Virus record (IMG/VR): IMGVR_UViG_3300045256_000069
Span: 1 to 54,458 of that record
From: a virus
Taxonomy: Duplodnaviria > Caudoviricetes
Reading direction: 5' to 3' (one strand)
Length of the DNA stretch: 54,458 nucleotides
Shown here: in pieces, positions 19,571 to 28,519 of the stretch
How the letters are laid out: every line of letters starts with the position of its first letter
Numbering within the stretch: position 1 is the first letter of the stretch
The notes under the pieces: model-generated
Told to the model about the DNA's origin: nothing
Databases searched by the model: none
Seen by the model: the letters and a program-made list of their open reading frames with translations, nothing else
Made by a program: the position numbers and the translations under genes

Positions 19571-19844
19571 CGAGAGCTTCCTTGACTGTCGTCACGTAAT
19601 CTGCATAGCCGCCGGCCTTGCGTATCTGGCGGATGTTCTTCCACTGTATCTTCGATGGCTCCTCACCTGGCATCTTGACTTCGAGCGCAATGAAGCGCCC
19701 GTTGATGCACAGCAGCAGGTCAGGGATGCCAGCCGGTTGGAACGGCCCGACGTAAATCTTTTTGAGGTAGCACGCGTCACCGTACTTGCCTGTGATGGCT
19801 TTCTGTATTCGTTGCTGCAATCGCGTCTCAGGCTTCTTTGCCAT
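19398..19844 (-). CDS. VRR-NUC endonuclease
   Basis: E..LQ..I, GIPDLL, FIALEVK.PG...S.IQ and AGG motifs. Confidence 0.88.
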   Translation of the reverse strand: MAKKPETRLQQRIQKAITGKYGDACYLKKIYVGPFQPAGIPDLLLCINGRFIALEVKMPGEEPSKIQWKNIRQIRKAGGYADYVTTVKEALDAVEEALRLPESRGRVRSDTRGIVSILRPGDRQDLRDAGRDRPRKPSARLPSAARRP

Positions 19845-19865
19845 GACCTATCCTGCAAATGGGAA

Positions 19866-19891
19866 CGGGCCGGTCACGAATGACCGACCCG
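19866..19891 (-). terminator. UUCG-tetraloop hairpin downstream of the SSB-like gene
   Basis: CGGGCCGGTCA-CGAA-TGACCGACCCG; the loop reads TTCG on the minus strand. Confidence 0.6.
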
Positions 19892-19945
19892 CACCGTGCC
19901 CACGTCGCCGGGAGGGAACAGCGACGAGGAAATGATCGCACAACG

Positions 19946-20890
19946 TCAGGCGTCGTGCAACTGCCCGTTTTCTTCGAGCTCTTCCTTCACCGCGGCGATC
20001 TTCTTGCGCAGCGTCTTGAAGTCGTCCAGGTCGACCGACAGGTCAAACTTCTCCACGACATCGGCCAGCTCGTCCTCGTCCATGTCATCGAGCTCCTCGG
20101 GCGTGATCTTCGGGCCCTTCTTGCCCTTGCCCTTGGCGCCCTTCTTGGGCTTCTCGTCCTCGTCGTCATCCTCGTCTTCGTCGTCCTTCGGCTTCGCCTT
20201 GCCGCGACCACGCCGAGCCGGCTTCTCCTCTTCTTCCTCGTCGTCGTCCTCGTCTTCATCCTTGGCCTTCGCCTTGGACTTCCGACCACGAGCCGGCTTC
20301 TCCTCCTCCTCGTCCTCGTCGTCTTCATCCTCGTCCTTGGCCTTGCGGCCACGACGCTTGGCGGGCTTCTCATCTTCCTCGTCGTCATCGTCCTCGTCGT
20401 CGGCCTTGCCCTTCTTGGCCTTGCCGCGCTTCGAGACCTTCTCGTCCTCGTCCTCGTCTTCCTCGTCGTCATCGGCGGGCGCATCGCCATCGACCGGGTA
20501 GTAGTCGGCGACCTTCGCCTGCGGCCGGCCCTCGTAGTCCTCGTGATGCACGACGGCCATGACCTCGGTGCCCTTCAGCTCTTCGAAGTCGAGCTCGAGG
20601 TCATCGTCGGGGACATCCTGGCCCATCGCCGTCAGCAGGTTGGCGAGGCGCCACAGGGCCTGCGGGGCGAGCGACGTGTTGTCGTAGATGAACTTGCCCT
20701 TGAACTTGCCGCTGACGACTTCCCACTTCCACTTCAGGTAGTCGGCGTTCTGGCCTTCCTCCTGAGTGATCTCCGCGACCTTCACGCGGTAATCGTCCTC
20801 GGGGAGCGTGACACGGGCCTCAACGCCCTTCATGCTCACTGTGATCTTCGTCTTCGGCTTCCCGCGCCGACCGGTTGCACGCCGTGCCAT
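19946..20890 (-). CDS. DUF669-like ssDNA-binding protein with long charged low-complexity linker
   Basis: LPEDDY.V.V, YLKW.W.V and SLAPQALWRL..LL.A.G motifs; next to the annealing ATPase. Confidence 0.7.
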   Translation of the reverse strand: MARRATGRRGKPKTKITVSMKGVEARVTLPEDDYRVKVAEITQEEGQNADYLKWKWEVVSGKFKGKFIYDNTSLAPQALWRLANLLTAMGQDVPDDDLELDFEELKGTEVMAVVHHEDYEGRPQAKVADYYPVDGDAPADDDEEDEDEDEKVSKRGKAKKGKADDEDDDDEEDEKPAKRRGRKAKDEDEDDEDEEEEKPARGRKSKAKAKDEDEDDDEEEEEKPARRGRGKAKPKDDEDEDDDEDEKPKKGAKGKGKKGPKITPEELDDMDEDELADVVEKFDLSVDLDDFKTLRKKIAAVKEELEENGQLHDA

Positions 20891-21729
20891 TATTCGACTT
20901 CTCCTTTGATGATAGCCACGATGTCATCGTAGCTCGGATTGACCACGAAGTCGGGAACCTCAATGTCCTTGGGCTTCCTGATCTTCGAGGTGTATATTGG
21001 ATTGGGACCGATGCGAAGGCAATACTCGGTTCTCTTCTTCTTAACCTTCTTGCCCTTCACCTCCTTGATCACAATCCGCTCACGGATGAACGTCGAGCCG
21101 ATCACGTCGACTGCGGCGTTCAAGTGACTTGCTGTGGACGGCGACAACCGCGGACCAACTTCCGGTGCCAGCTGCTCCTCCACATCGTCGCCCTCGTCGG
21201 ACGAATTGAACACGCGATGCTGAGCGAGGAACACCGTCTGCACAGGCAGGTCCCGCAGTGCGATGATCCACTCCTTCATCATGGAGCTGACCTCACCCCA
21301 GTCGCGCATCGTCATACTGCCCCAGTCGCCGGCGGCTTTGTTGGTCTTCTTCTTTTTCTTCTTCGCCACGACTTCCTCGATGGCGAGCTGCTGCAACTGC
21401 GTGACCGTATCGATGACGACGGTCTTGTAGAGGCCAGGGTTTTCCTTGACCTCCTCGACCAACAGCTCGACGTCTTCCCAGGTCTCGATCTCCGTGATCC
21501 GGATTTCGTCCTCGGAGTATTCGCTGATGCTGTCGGTGCCACGGTCCTTGACATCCGCGAACAGGATCGGCTTCGGGAACGTGCCGCTCAGCGTCGTCTT
21601 CCCCGTGCCGCTGGGACCGTAGATCACGAACGAGCGGTTGGGCTCCTTCATGCTCTTCTTCTTGAACCTAAGCCCGACACTACTCGTCGAGCTTGGCCGC
21701 GATTTCGTCTTCGTGCTGGTTGCTTTCAC
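20890..21729 (-). CDS. AAA_24 / Sak4-like ssDNA-annealing ATPase
   Basis: IYGPSGTGKTT, TVVIDTVT and F.AQ motifs; the start may instead be the ATG at 21651. Confidence 0.82.
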   Translation of the reverse strand: MKATSTKTKSRPSSTSSVGLRFKKKSMKEPNRSFVIYGPSGTGKTTLSGTFPKPILFADVKDRGTDSISEYSEDEIRITEIETWEDVELLVEEVKENPGLYKTVVIDTVTQLQQLAIEEVVAKKKKKKTNKAAGDWGSMTMRDWGEVSSMMKEWIIALRDLPVQTVFLAQHRVFNSSDEGDDVEEQLAPEVGPRLSPSTASHLNAAVDVIGSTFIRERIVIKEVKGKKVKKKRTEYCLRIGPNPIYTSKIRKPKDIEVPDFVVNPSYDDIVAIIKGEVE

Positions 21730-22780
21730 TGACCTTGAACTCCCGTTCCTTGATGAAGTCTGCGTCTGCGCCTGTCAGCTCAGCGCGGCAAATCGATGCA
21801 AACTCGCACCACTTGCAGTGCTGGTCAATCGTTTTGTGCTTCTTCTTTCCGATATTGTCTCGCATGTCGATTGCGGCCTCAACGAAGCCTTCGTACACGT
21901 TGTCCACAACGTTGCGAGAGATGGGCGTGAACACGCGGAAGAAATACTCGTTGCGGTTTTCGGCGAGCGACTTCAGTAGCGTCGGGTAGTTCTTCGCCTT
22001 GAAGCCATTCTCCTTGCACCACTGCTTGAACACGCTGGGCAACGAGTCGATCTTGGCCTGTGAGGGCTGACCGTTCTGAAGCAGCTTCGGGATCGCCGGC
22101 GGCTTCGACCGGATGTAATTCCACAGGGTGCCGTCGACCGGCTTCCAGCCGAGGATGTCCATCGCCTTCGCGTACACCGACGATTGCACGTTGAGCCAGC
22201 GGAAGTCTTCGCTCGGGCGCATCTTGAATGTCTTGTGCTCAGCGAGTGCGCGGTTCGTGCGCCACTTCGCCACGCCGTCGATAATGCCGGTAAAGGCTAG
22301 GCCGTCGTCCAGCTCGATCTCGAACGCGTGCTCGGACTTCTTGCCGTTGATCTTGATCATCTGCAGGTCGCCCTTTTGCGACCAGTGCTCGAAGTAGTCG
22401 GTCATGATGTAGTCGATGTCGACCAGAATGTCGCCATACATCTCGACCTCGGCGCTGAACATCTTGCGAGTGTCCATATCGACGTTGAGCGCCTCACGCC
22501 AGTCCTCGCCGTTCGCATCCAGCTCGATGGCCCTGTGAACGATCTTGCCGAACGCGAACGGGCGCTTGGTGCGCTTGGGCTCGAGTCGTTCGACGTGCTT
22601 CAGGTGCGCAGCGTACTTGCAGCGCAGCCACTGCTTCACTTTTGACTGGCCGACTTTGAAGACGCTTGAGCTGCCTTCCACTTCGCCAGAGTTATGCCCT
22701 TTCCCCACGGGCCGATCTTCGCGTCCGCCTCGAGCGGGACGCTCAGCTTGATCTCGAACACGTCGAGCAGTTTTGGCCAT
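21680..22780 (-). CDS. Cas4-like PD-(D/E)XK exonuclease
   Basis: N-terminal C, FG..VH, G.ID, EHKT, Q...Y and C..CEF..IC motifs. Confidence 0.85.
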   Translation of the reverse strand: MAKTARRVRDQAERPARGGREDRPVGKGHNSGEVEGSSSVFKVGQSKVKQWLRCKYAAHLKHVERLEPKRTKRPFAFGKIVHRAIELDANGEDWREALNVDMDTRKMFSAEVEMYGDILVDIDYIMTDYFEHWSQKGDLQMIKINGKKSEHAFEIELDDGLAFTGIIDGVAKWRTNRALAEHKTFKMRPSEDFRWLNVQSSVYAKAMDILGWKPVDGTLWNYIRSKPPAIPKLLQNGQPSQAKIDSLPSVFKQWCKENGFKAKNYPTLLKSLAENRNEYFFRVFTPISRNVVDNVYEGFVEAAIDMRDNIGKKKHKTIDQHCKWCEFASICRAELTGADADFIKEREFKVSESNQHEDEIAAKLDE

Positions 22781-25167
22781 CTCATGATCTCCAGCATTCG
22801 ATTGTGGACACGCTCGAGGTAGTCATTGCGAACCTCGATAAGACACGCATCATGCACAGTTGCGACAGGATAGACAATAGGTTCCGGGAACTCTTCTCTC
22901 AACTGAAGGAGCGACATGAGATTTAATTCGTTCGCGAACGATTGGACTGGTGAGTTGATTGCCTGACGTTCTGCTTCCATGCGCTCCATTGTCTTCTCGC
23001 GCGCCATGGCAGCTGGCAGTCGACGTTTACGACCGGACAGTGATCGCACGAAGCCGTGGCGCCGCGCGTGCTTGCGCTGCTGCTCGTGCCAATCCTCGAA
23101 GCCGGGGTAGAGGTCGAAGAAGTTGATGCGGCTTTCCTGTGCTTCCTCTTCGGTCACGATGACATCGTAGTTGTCCCGCGCGTAGATCATGAACTTCTTC
23201 CACCACATACCGAACAGGTAGCCGAAGTTCACGGCCTTAGCTTTCTTACGCAATTCCTTCCACGTCGGGTCGATCTCGGCACACGCATCGGGGCCAGCCT
23301 TGAACACGATGTCTAGCGCTTCGCCATAGTTCGTGATCTTGCGCTGCGTGAGCGTGCTCGCCGTTTCCTTGATCAGCTTGGGCGATGCACCGCCACGTCC
23401 CATCTCACGTATCATCGTGAGCCAATGCGCATCCTCGCCCTTGTGGAACACACGCAGCATGTTGGTCTCGTTCGCCAGCTCGGCCGCAATGCGTAGCTCG
23501 ATCTGTGACAAGTCGACTTCCAGCAGCGTGTACCCCTCGGGCGCGGTGATCAGCGACCGGATGCGAGGATCGCGTGGCACCTGCTGCAGGTTCGGATGCT
23601 CACAGGACAAACGACCCGTGACTGTGCCATGCAACTTGAACGAGGGATGAATGCGGCTGCCTTCAAGGAATGGCTTCCAGCCTTCGATGAATGACGACAG
23701 TTGCTTCTGCGCCGCACGCCACCTAAGCAACGCCTTGGCGATTGGATGATTGATGCGCTTGAGCACCGACTCGCTGCACGAGTCTGCGCCGCCCTTCGTC
23801 TTCTCGACCGACTTGATCTTGAGCTTGGTGAACAGCAATTCGCCGAGCTGCTTCGGTGAGCCCCAATTGATGTCGCCATAGGGCTTCAGCTCTGCGAGCG
23901 CACCAGCGATCTCATTGCGCAGGTATTCCTCGGCAACCTCGAACTGGTCCACGTTGATGAAGACGCCATGATACTCTATGCGAGTGAACAGCTTGGCGCA
24001 CGGAAACAAGATTTCATCGTAGACCTTGGCGACCTCGGGGTCCTTGTCGAGTTGCTTGCGCAGCTTGAAGTGAAGCTTGCGGGTGTAGAGCAGGTCTTTG
24101 CCCTGATACTCGCAACACTCGGCGAGCGGGCCACGAAACTGCTTGACCTCCTTGGACACGTCATAGTCGGGCGCGTTGAAATGAACCTTGCTTAGGAACT
24201 TGAGGCCGTGCTCGCTGTTCTCGTCAATCATGTAGTGCATGAGCATGGTGTCGCTTTCCCAATGCTCAAGCCAGTTGTAACCGTATCGCACCCACGTCCA
24301 CAGGAAGTCGAACTTGCCGTTCTGCGTCGTGAACCGGACGTCTCCTTCCTGAAGCTTCCAATTGATCTTGCGCATCATGCGCTTGATGTCTTTGAACGTC
24401 CACTTAACCTCGTCGTGGATCAGTGGGATCGTCCAGTGTGCGCGCTTCGTGCCGAAGCCGAGCGACATGATCTCGGCACCAAACTCCCAAGGGTACAGGC
24501 CACTCGTCTCGAGGTCATAGCTGGTCAGTCCGTAGAAGTCATCGAGGAACTCATCGAACGTGTCCCAGTCTGTGACAATACGAAGGTTGAGCTCCTCCTC
24601 CTTGCGGATCGCGCCGTTCTCAACGATGTCGGCGAAGTTTTGCAGGTCATGCTGCAGGATCACTTCCTGCCGCGGATCGTACTCGACGTAGCTTGGCGAG
24701 TATATCGGGAAGAAGATCATCGAGACGTCGCCACTCTCCGCAGTCACCGGTCGACCGCGATGGTTCTTGATGCCCGTCTTGTTCATCACGCCGGCTAGGG
24801 CTGTGCTCCCGACCACCAGGACGAACTTCGGTTGCACCTCGGCGATCTGTGCATCGAGCCATTTGCGGCATGCCTTTATCTGTGCTTTGGTGGGCTTGTC
24901 CGTCGCGCAACTGACGGCATAGCAGAAGAACATCTTGCTGGTGTCGAGGCCGACATCCTCGAGCATCTCGATCAACTTGTCGGGCGGTTTGATCTCGCCA
25001 CGCTTTTGCTCACGCTCACTCGGAGCGTCGAGCACGACCATGATCTTGCGATGCTTGATCGGTGATCCCAACAAACAAGCCCGGTCAACTGTTGCACCGA
25101 GCTTGCAGAGGCGGCAGTTGACGTCCCGCTTGAGCGGAGCGTCCAGGTTAATCTCGAGCTGGCTCAT
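22636..25167 (-). CDS. polA: DNA polymerase family A with N-terminal UDG-like domain and 3'-5' exonuclease
   Basis: DLETSGL (ExoI), NGKFD, TGRLSC..PNLQQ, DLSQIELR, KAVNFGYLFG and VHD motifs; start MSQLEINL is ATGA-coupled to the deaminase. Confidence 0.93.
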   Translation of the reverse strand: MSQLEINLDAPLKRDVNCRLCKLGATVDRACLLGSPIKHRKIMVVLDAPSEREQKRGEIKPPDKLIEMLEDVGLDTSKMFFCYAVSCATDKPTKAQIKACRKWLDAQIAEVQPKFVLVVGSTALAGVMNKTGIKNHRGRPVTAESGDVSMIFFPIYSPSYVEYDPRQEVILQHDLQNFADIVENGAIRKEEELNLRIVTDWDTFDEFLDDFYGLTSYDLETSGLYPWEFGAEIMSLGFGTKRAHWTIPLIHDEVKWTFKDIKRMMRKINWKLQEGDVRFTTQNGKFDFLWTWVRYGYNWLEHWESDTMLMHYMIDENSEHGLKFLSKVHFNAPDYDVSKEVKQFRGPLAECCEYQGKDLLYTRKLHFKLRKQLDKDPEVAKVYDEILFPCAKLFTRIEYHGVFINVDQFEVAEEYLRNEIAGALAELKPYGDINWGSPKQLGELLFTKLKIKSVEKTKGGADSCSESVLKRINHPIAKALLRWRAAQKQLSSFIEGWKPFLEGSRIHPSFKLHGTVTGRLSCEHPNLQQVPRDPRIRSLITAPEGYTLLEVDLSQIELRIAAELANETNMLRVFHKGEDAHWLTMIREMGRGGASPKLIKETASTLTQRKITNYGEALDIVFKAGPDACAEIDPTWKELRKKAKAVNFGYLFGMWWKKFMIYARDNYDVIVTEEEAQESRINFFDLYPGFEDWHEQQRKHARRHGFVRSLSGRKRRLPAAMAREKTMERMEAERQAINSPVQSFANELNLMSLLQLREEFPEPIVYPVATVHDACLIEVRNDYLERVHNRMLEIMRWPKLLDVFEIKLSVPLEADAKIGPWGKGITLAKWKAAQASSKSASQK

Positions 25168-25628
25168 TGATCCACAAACTGACCCGTTTCCCAATTGATC
25201 ATATACCCGCTCGGCGTCAGCCTGAACAGCGAGACTCCAGCCGCCTTGAACCCGACGAGGTGTTGCCAACTGCGGTATTCGTCGCGATACACCACGCGCT
25301 TGATGCCCGACTCGATGACCTTGATCGTGCAGGCCTCACAGGGCGAGTTGGTGACATACAACGTCGTGGCGCCGTCGCACACGAAACCCTTGGCGGCTGC
25401 GCGCCTCAAGGCGTTGTCCTCGGCGTGCACCGAGCGCGTGCATGAGGGTATGCCGCAATCAGGACCTGTGCAGTGCTCATCGCCGCTCGGCGGGCCGTTG
25501 TAGCCGACGCTGACGACATCGTTGGCGTGGACGATGATCGCGCCGACGTTGAGACGCTTGCAGGTCGAGCGACGAGACGCCGCCTCGCACATCATCATCC
25601 ACATCTGGTCTCTAGAGATACGTGTCAC
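25164..25628 (-). CDS. dCMP deaminase
   Basis: RSTC.R..VGA, GYNG, HAE.NA and SPC..C zinc motifs. Confidence 0.92.
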   Translation of the reverse strand: MTRISRDQMWMMMCEAASRRSTCKRLNVGAIIVHANDVVSVGYNGPPSGDEHCTGPDCGIPSCTRSVHAEDNALRRAAAKGFVCDGATTLYVTNSPCEACTIKVIESGIKRVVYRDEYRSWQHLVGFKAAGVSLFRLTPSGYMINWETGQFVDQ

Positions 25629-26485
25629 TTGTCCCCTCCAAACATGGCGATGTAGTCATTGCGGAACATGTGGAACGAAGTGATGTGCATCACCAGGTTG
25701 CCGGCTTTGACCTCGTTCCATTTGGGATCGCGTTCCCTCAAACGAGCCATAACCCACAGAAGGAGACGCCCAGTAAGATAAACGTCATCACGGAAATGTC
25801 GGACGAAGTCGCAGCTTCGAAGGCCATATACGCAGTGCAGAGCACCACCGCGCATAATGAAATGATAGCCCAGAGTGCACGGCAGTCGTCCACCATGATG
25901 GGCCCCAGTGTCTTCGGGAAAGAAGATTGGCATATACGCCTGGCGCGTGAGAGGCTGTTCCTCCAAAAGCTTGATGATGTCATTGAGGTCTCCGTACCTG
26001 TGGTGGATGCCGAGGTTCTCGAACTCGAGCGAATGGATCGTCCCTGGCGCATCAAATTCCTCACGAAACTCCTCTGCAGTTCGTGTCGCCTGGTCAACGA
26101 AGCCAGCACGACGCGGCCAATAGCGCTCCATGTAGTTGTGATTGAACTTGCCCGAGGGATCGCGGAACGTGTCGGCCGACTTGTTGAACGGCCAGTTCTC
26201 CCACTCGACGCCCGGATTGATCGGCTCGCCACAGACTCGCTCCTCGAAATGCTTGTCCGCCCAAGGCAGGTTCGGCCTCACTCGAGCTGCGAAGTCGGCG
26301 AGGTTCTCGGGCACCGGCGCCGACAGACTGTAGTTCAACAGCTCGTGCGTCGCCATCTCCGGACGCTGGCTGATGTCGGTGCCCTGCCACTTCTCGGTGT
26401 GCACCAGCTCCGAATAGTCGCGGAAGTCCCTCGTCGCGTGAAGGATCGCCGCGTTCCACGACCAGTGGTTACTCACTCTCATCAT
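25625..26485 (-). CDS. Thymidylate-synthase-fold enzyme 1 (probably dCMP-modifying)
   Basis: TRQA, catalytic PC, RSCDFVRHFRDD (Asp at +8 from the RSxD Asp) and SFH motifs. Confidence 0.8.
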   Translation of the reverse strand: MMRVSNHWSWNAAILHATRDFRDYSELVHTEKWQGTDISQRPEMATHELLNYSLSAPVPENLADFAARVRPNLPWADKHFEERVCGEPINPGVEWENWPFNKSADTFRDPSGKFNHNYMERYWPRRAGFVDQATRTAEEFREEFDAPGTIHSLEFENLGIHHRYGDLNDIIKLLEEQPLTRQAYMPIFFPEDTGAHHGGRLPCTLGYHFIMRGGALHCVYGLRSCDFVRHFRDDVYLTGRLLLWVMARLRERDPKWNEVKAGNLVMHITSFHMFRNDYIAMFGGDK

Positions 26486-27293
26486 CGTCCGGGTCCTTGT
26501 ACTCGTTGCGATAGCCGGGGTGGTTGTCGGCGATGTACTTCTGCAGCTTCGCCATCAGCTTCGGATTGATAAGCTTCTGCGCCTCGTCATGCACGCGCAT
26601 TGCCTGTGCGAACTTCTGGATGCCGCGCTTGTGTTCGGGGCACAGGTAACGACCGGACCACTTGATGATCCAGTCATAGTAATGCTTGTCCTTCGCCTTC
26701 AGTGCGTCGAGCTCGCCAATCGGGTCATCGAGCCACGGCAGCAGCACCACGAAGTACATCGGGTGGCAGGTGACATTGGCGAAGTGGAAATTGATCTCCT
26801 GCACAGGGCAGCCATCGAAATTAAATCTAGAGAGCAGATCGTCGCGCAGGAACACGAGGTCTGCCGGAAACTTCTTGAACAACTCGGTAGTGCGATAGAA
26901 CACGTCCACTGCTGTGGCACGTTGCTTGCCAGCGAGGTACGTCAGCGACACGGCCTGTAGACATGGCCCCATCACTGACGCACGCTTGCTTTTCTTCTCG
27001 GGATCGTTCTTGATGTAGTGGTTATAGCAATGGAACGACACGGAGCCATACTTGTCCTGCTCCTTGCGACGTTCCCACAGCTGAACCGCCACGGCGAGCG
27101 ACTCCTCGTGCAGGTAGAGCTTGTTCAACGCGCGCCGCTTGTGCGACGTGTAGCCCGCGTGTTCATACTGCAGGTCCGCCTCGATGGCATCGAAGGTGAA
27201 GTGGACGTTGCGAATGATCTTGCGGGCACCGGAGAAGAAGTCTGCCTTGCGTCGAGACAGACGACATGCGTTGTGGAGCCAGCCTTCAAGCAC
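26469..27293 (-). CDS. Divergent thymidylate-synthase-fold protein 2
   Basis: GPCLQAVSL ... FYRTTELFKKFPAD parallels PC...YxRSxD(+8)D; overlaps TS1. Confidence 0.55.
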   Translation of the reverse strand: MLEGWLHNACRLSRRKADFFSGARKIIRNVHFTFDAIEADLQYEHAGYTSHKRRALNKLYLHEESLAVAVQLWERRKEQDKYGSVSFHCYNHYIKNDPEKKSKRASVMGPCLQAVSLTYLAGKQRATAVDVFYRTTELFKKFPADLVFLRDDLLSRFNFDGCPVQEINFHFANVTCHPMYFVVLLPWLDDPIGELDALKAKDKHYYDWIIKWSGRYLCPEHKRGIQKFAQAMRVHDEAQKLINPKLMAKLQKYIADNHPGYRNEYKDPDDDESE

Positions 27294-27495
27294 GATGTTT
27301 CCTCGCCATTTGCAGGATGTCTCCCGCGGTCATCCCTTTACGATATGTGATCAATGCGCACATATCGCACTCTAGTGTGTCGCCGCAAGACTTGTTCTCT
27401 TCCTGACGACACACTGTCAACTGCTCGCCCTCTTCGAGATCATCAAGGGCGCACAGTATCGCCTCGAGCTTGGTCTTAAAGTGCTCGGTGGACAT
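27286..27495 (-). CDS. Small Cys-rich protein (69 aa)
   Basis: MSTEHFK...C...C...C...CDMC; fills the gap between the MazG-like gene and TS2, overlapping both. Confidence 0.55.
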   Translation of the reverse strand: MSTEHFKTKLEAILCALDDLEEGEQLTVCRQEENKSCGDTLECDMCALITYRKGMTAGDILQMARKHRA

Positions 27496-27961
27496 GATCC
27501 TCGACCAGGTCAGTGTGTCGAGGCGGTGTCCAGCCTGCGGGCTTGACGACATCGAACGCGGAGCCGCGCTTGCTCTCCTCAGCCGAGGCAACGCGTATCT
27601 TCTCCATGTTCTTCTTGTGCACTCGGCGCCAGGCCTCGTAGAAGCGATTGTACTCGAAGCCATGGAGATACGCCGTGCCGAGCGCGACATACACCAAGTC
27701 CACGATTGCGTCGAGCTGCTCTTCGAGAAGCTTGGTGATCCGCTCCTCATCGATCTTGCTGGTGGCGCGCTCGTTGCCGAAGATGTCGAGCAGCTCATCC
27801 CTGTGGGTCTTGTACTCGTCCAGCTCTTCCTGCATGAACTTGGTGCGGAAGAAGCCGAGCTCGGGCGGCAATGCACGAGGACGACCGTGGTAGGAAATCT
27901 CGAACTTGTGGTGGAAGTCGGCGATGTCCGCCATGAGATCAGGAGTTGACGTTTGCGTCAT
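27476..27961 (-). CDS. MazG-like/all-alpha NTP pyrophosphohydrolase
   Basis: FH.KF, EE..E, DA.VDL.YV..G, VH..NM.K and KP.GW.PP motifs. Confidence 0.88.
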   Translation of the reverse strand: MTQTSTPDLMADIADFHHKFEISYHGRPRALPPELGFFRTKFMQEELDEYKTHRDELLDIFGNERATSKIDEERITKLLEEQLDAIVDLVYVALGTAYLHGFEYNRFYEAWRRVHKKNMEKIRVASAEESKRGSAFDVVKPAGWTPPRHTDLVEDHVHRAL

Positions 27962-28442
27962 AGCACGCTCTCACAATGAGTTGGACAGTCTCGTCGAACC
28001 GCTCGCCGAGACGATACATGATATTGGCATGGCGAAGCCCCCACGCCTGGTAGGCCGCCAGCAGATCGTTGTACTTTTCCTGCACGCCGGCGAGGTGCTC
28101 AGGATTGTCAGCTTCGGGATTGAACGTGTGACGAGCGAAGCCCTGTGCATCCGGCTGACAGAATACGAAGAGCGGCTTGCTTTCGTAGAAGCGTCGGATC
28201 AGCGGGGCCTTGATGTCGTCGCGCGAGCCGCGGATCATCGCGTAGATCGGCTGACTGACGCAGGGGTGTCGGTCGAAGAGAACGAAGTCGAGCTTCGCGT
28301 AGCGTTCAACTCGTTCGTTCATCTCGCCGGGATATTTGGGAGGACCCTCCGAAGGCTGCACAGGCCAATGAACGCGTGCGCGTATCGCTTCGAGGAGGGT
28401 AGATTTGCCGGCGGCATCGCAACCTTCAATAACAACGTTCAT
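27939..28442 (-). CDS. dNMP (thymidylate-like) kinase
   Basis: VIEG.D.AGKSTL P-loop, FDRH and S..IY motifs; RBS GGAG. Confidence 0.85.
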   Translation of the reverse strand: MNVVIEGCDAAGKSTLLEAIRARVHWPVQPSEGPPKYPGEMNERVERYAKLDFVLFDRHPCVSQPIYAMIRGSRDDIKAPLIRRFYESKPLFVFCQPDAQGFARHTFNPEADNPEHLAGVQEKYNDLLAAYQAWGLRHANIMYRLGERFDETVQLIVRACYDANVNS

Positions 28443-28472
28443 GCGCTGGTTTCTCCGTATCGACAAGACGTG

Positions 28473-28501
28473 AACATAATGTTAAGACATCGCTTCGTCA
28501 A
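28473..28501 (-). promoter_or_regulatory. Sigma70-type promoter of the nucleotide-metabolism/replication operon
   Basis: Minus strand TTGACG-17 bp-TATGTT; overlapped by a one-mismatch CtrA box (TGAA-N7-TTAA, 28471-28485). Confidence 0.65.
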
Positions 28502-28519
28502 CCATGAACGGCGAAAGCG

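Noticed and set aside
21680-22780. Cas4 as evidence of a CRISPR system
   Set aside because: Its context (Sak4-like ATPase, SSB, PolA) is the usual phage recombination module.
25164-28442. YuA/M6/ViI-type 5-hmdU thymidine hypermodification
   Set aside because: The TS homologs have Asp rather than Asn at the specificity position, and I recognise no 5-hmU DNA kinase or amino-acid:DNA transferase genes.
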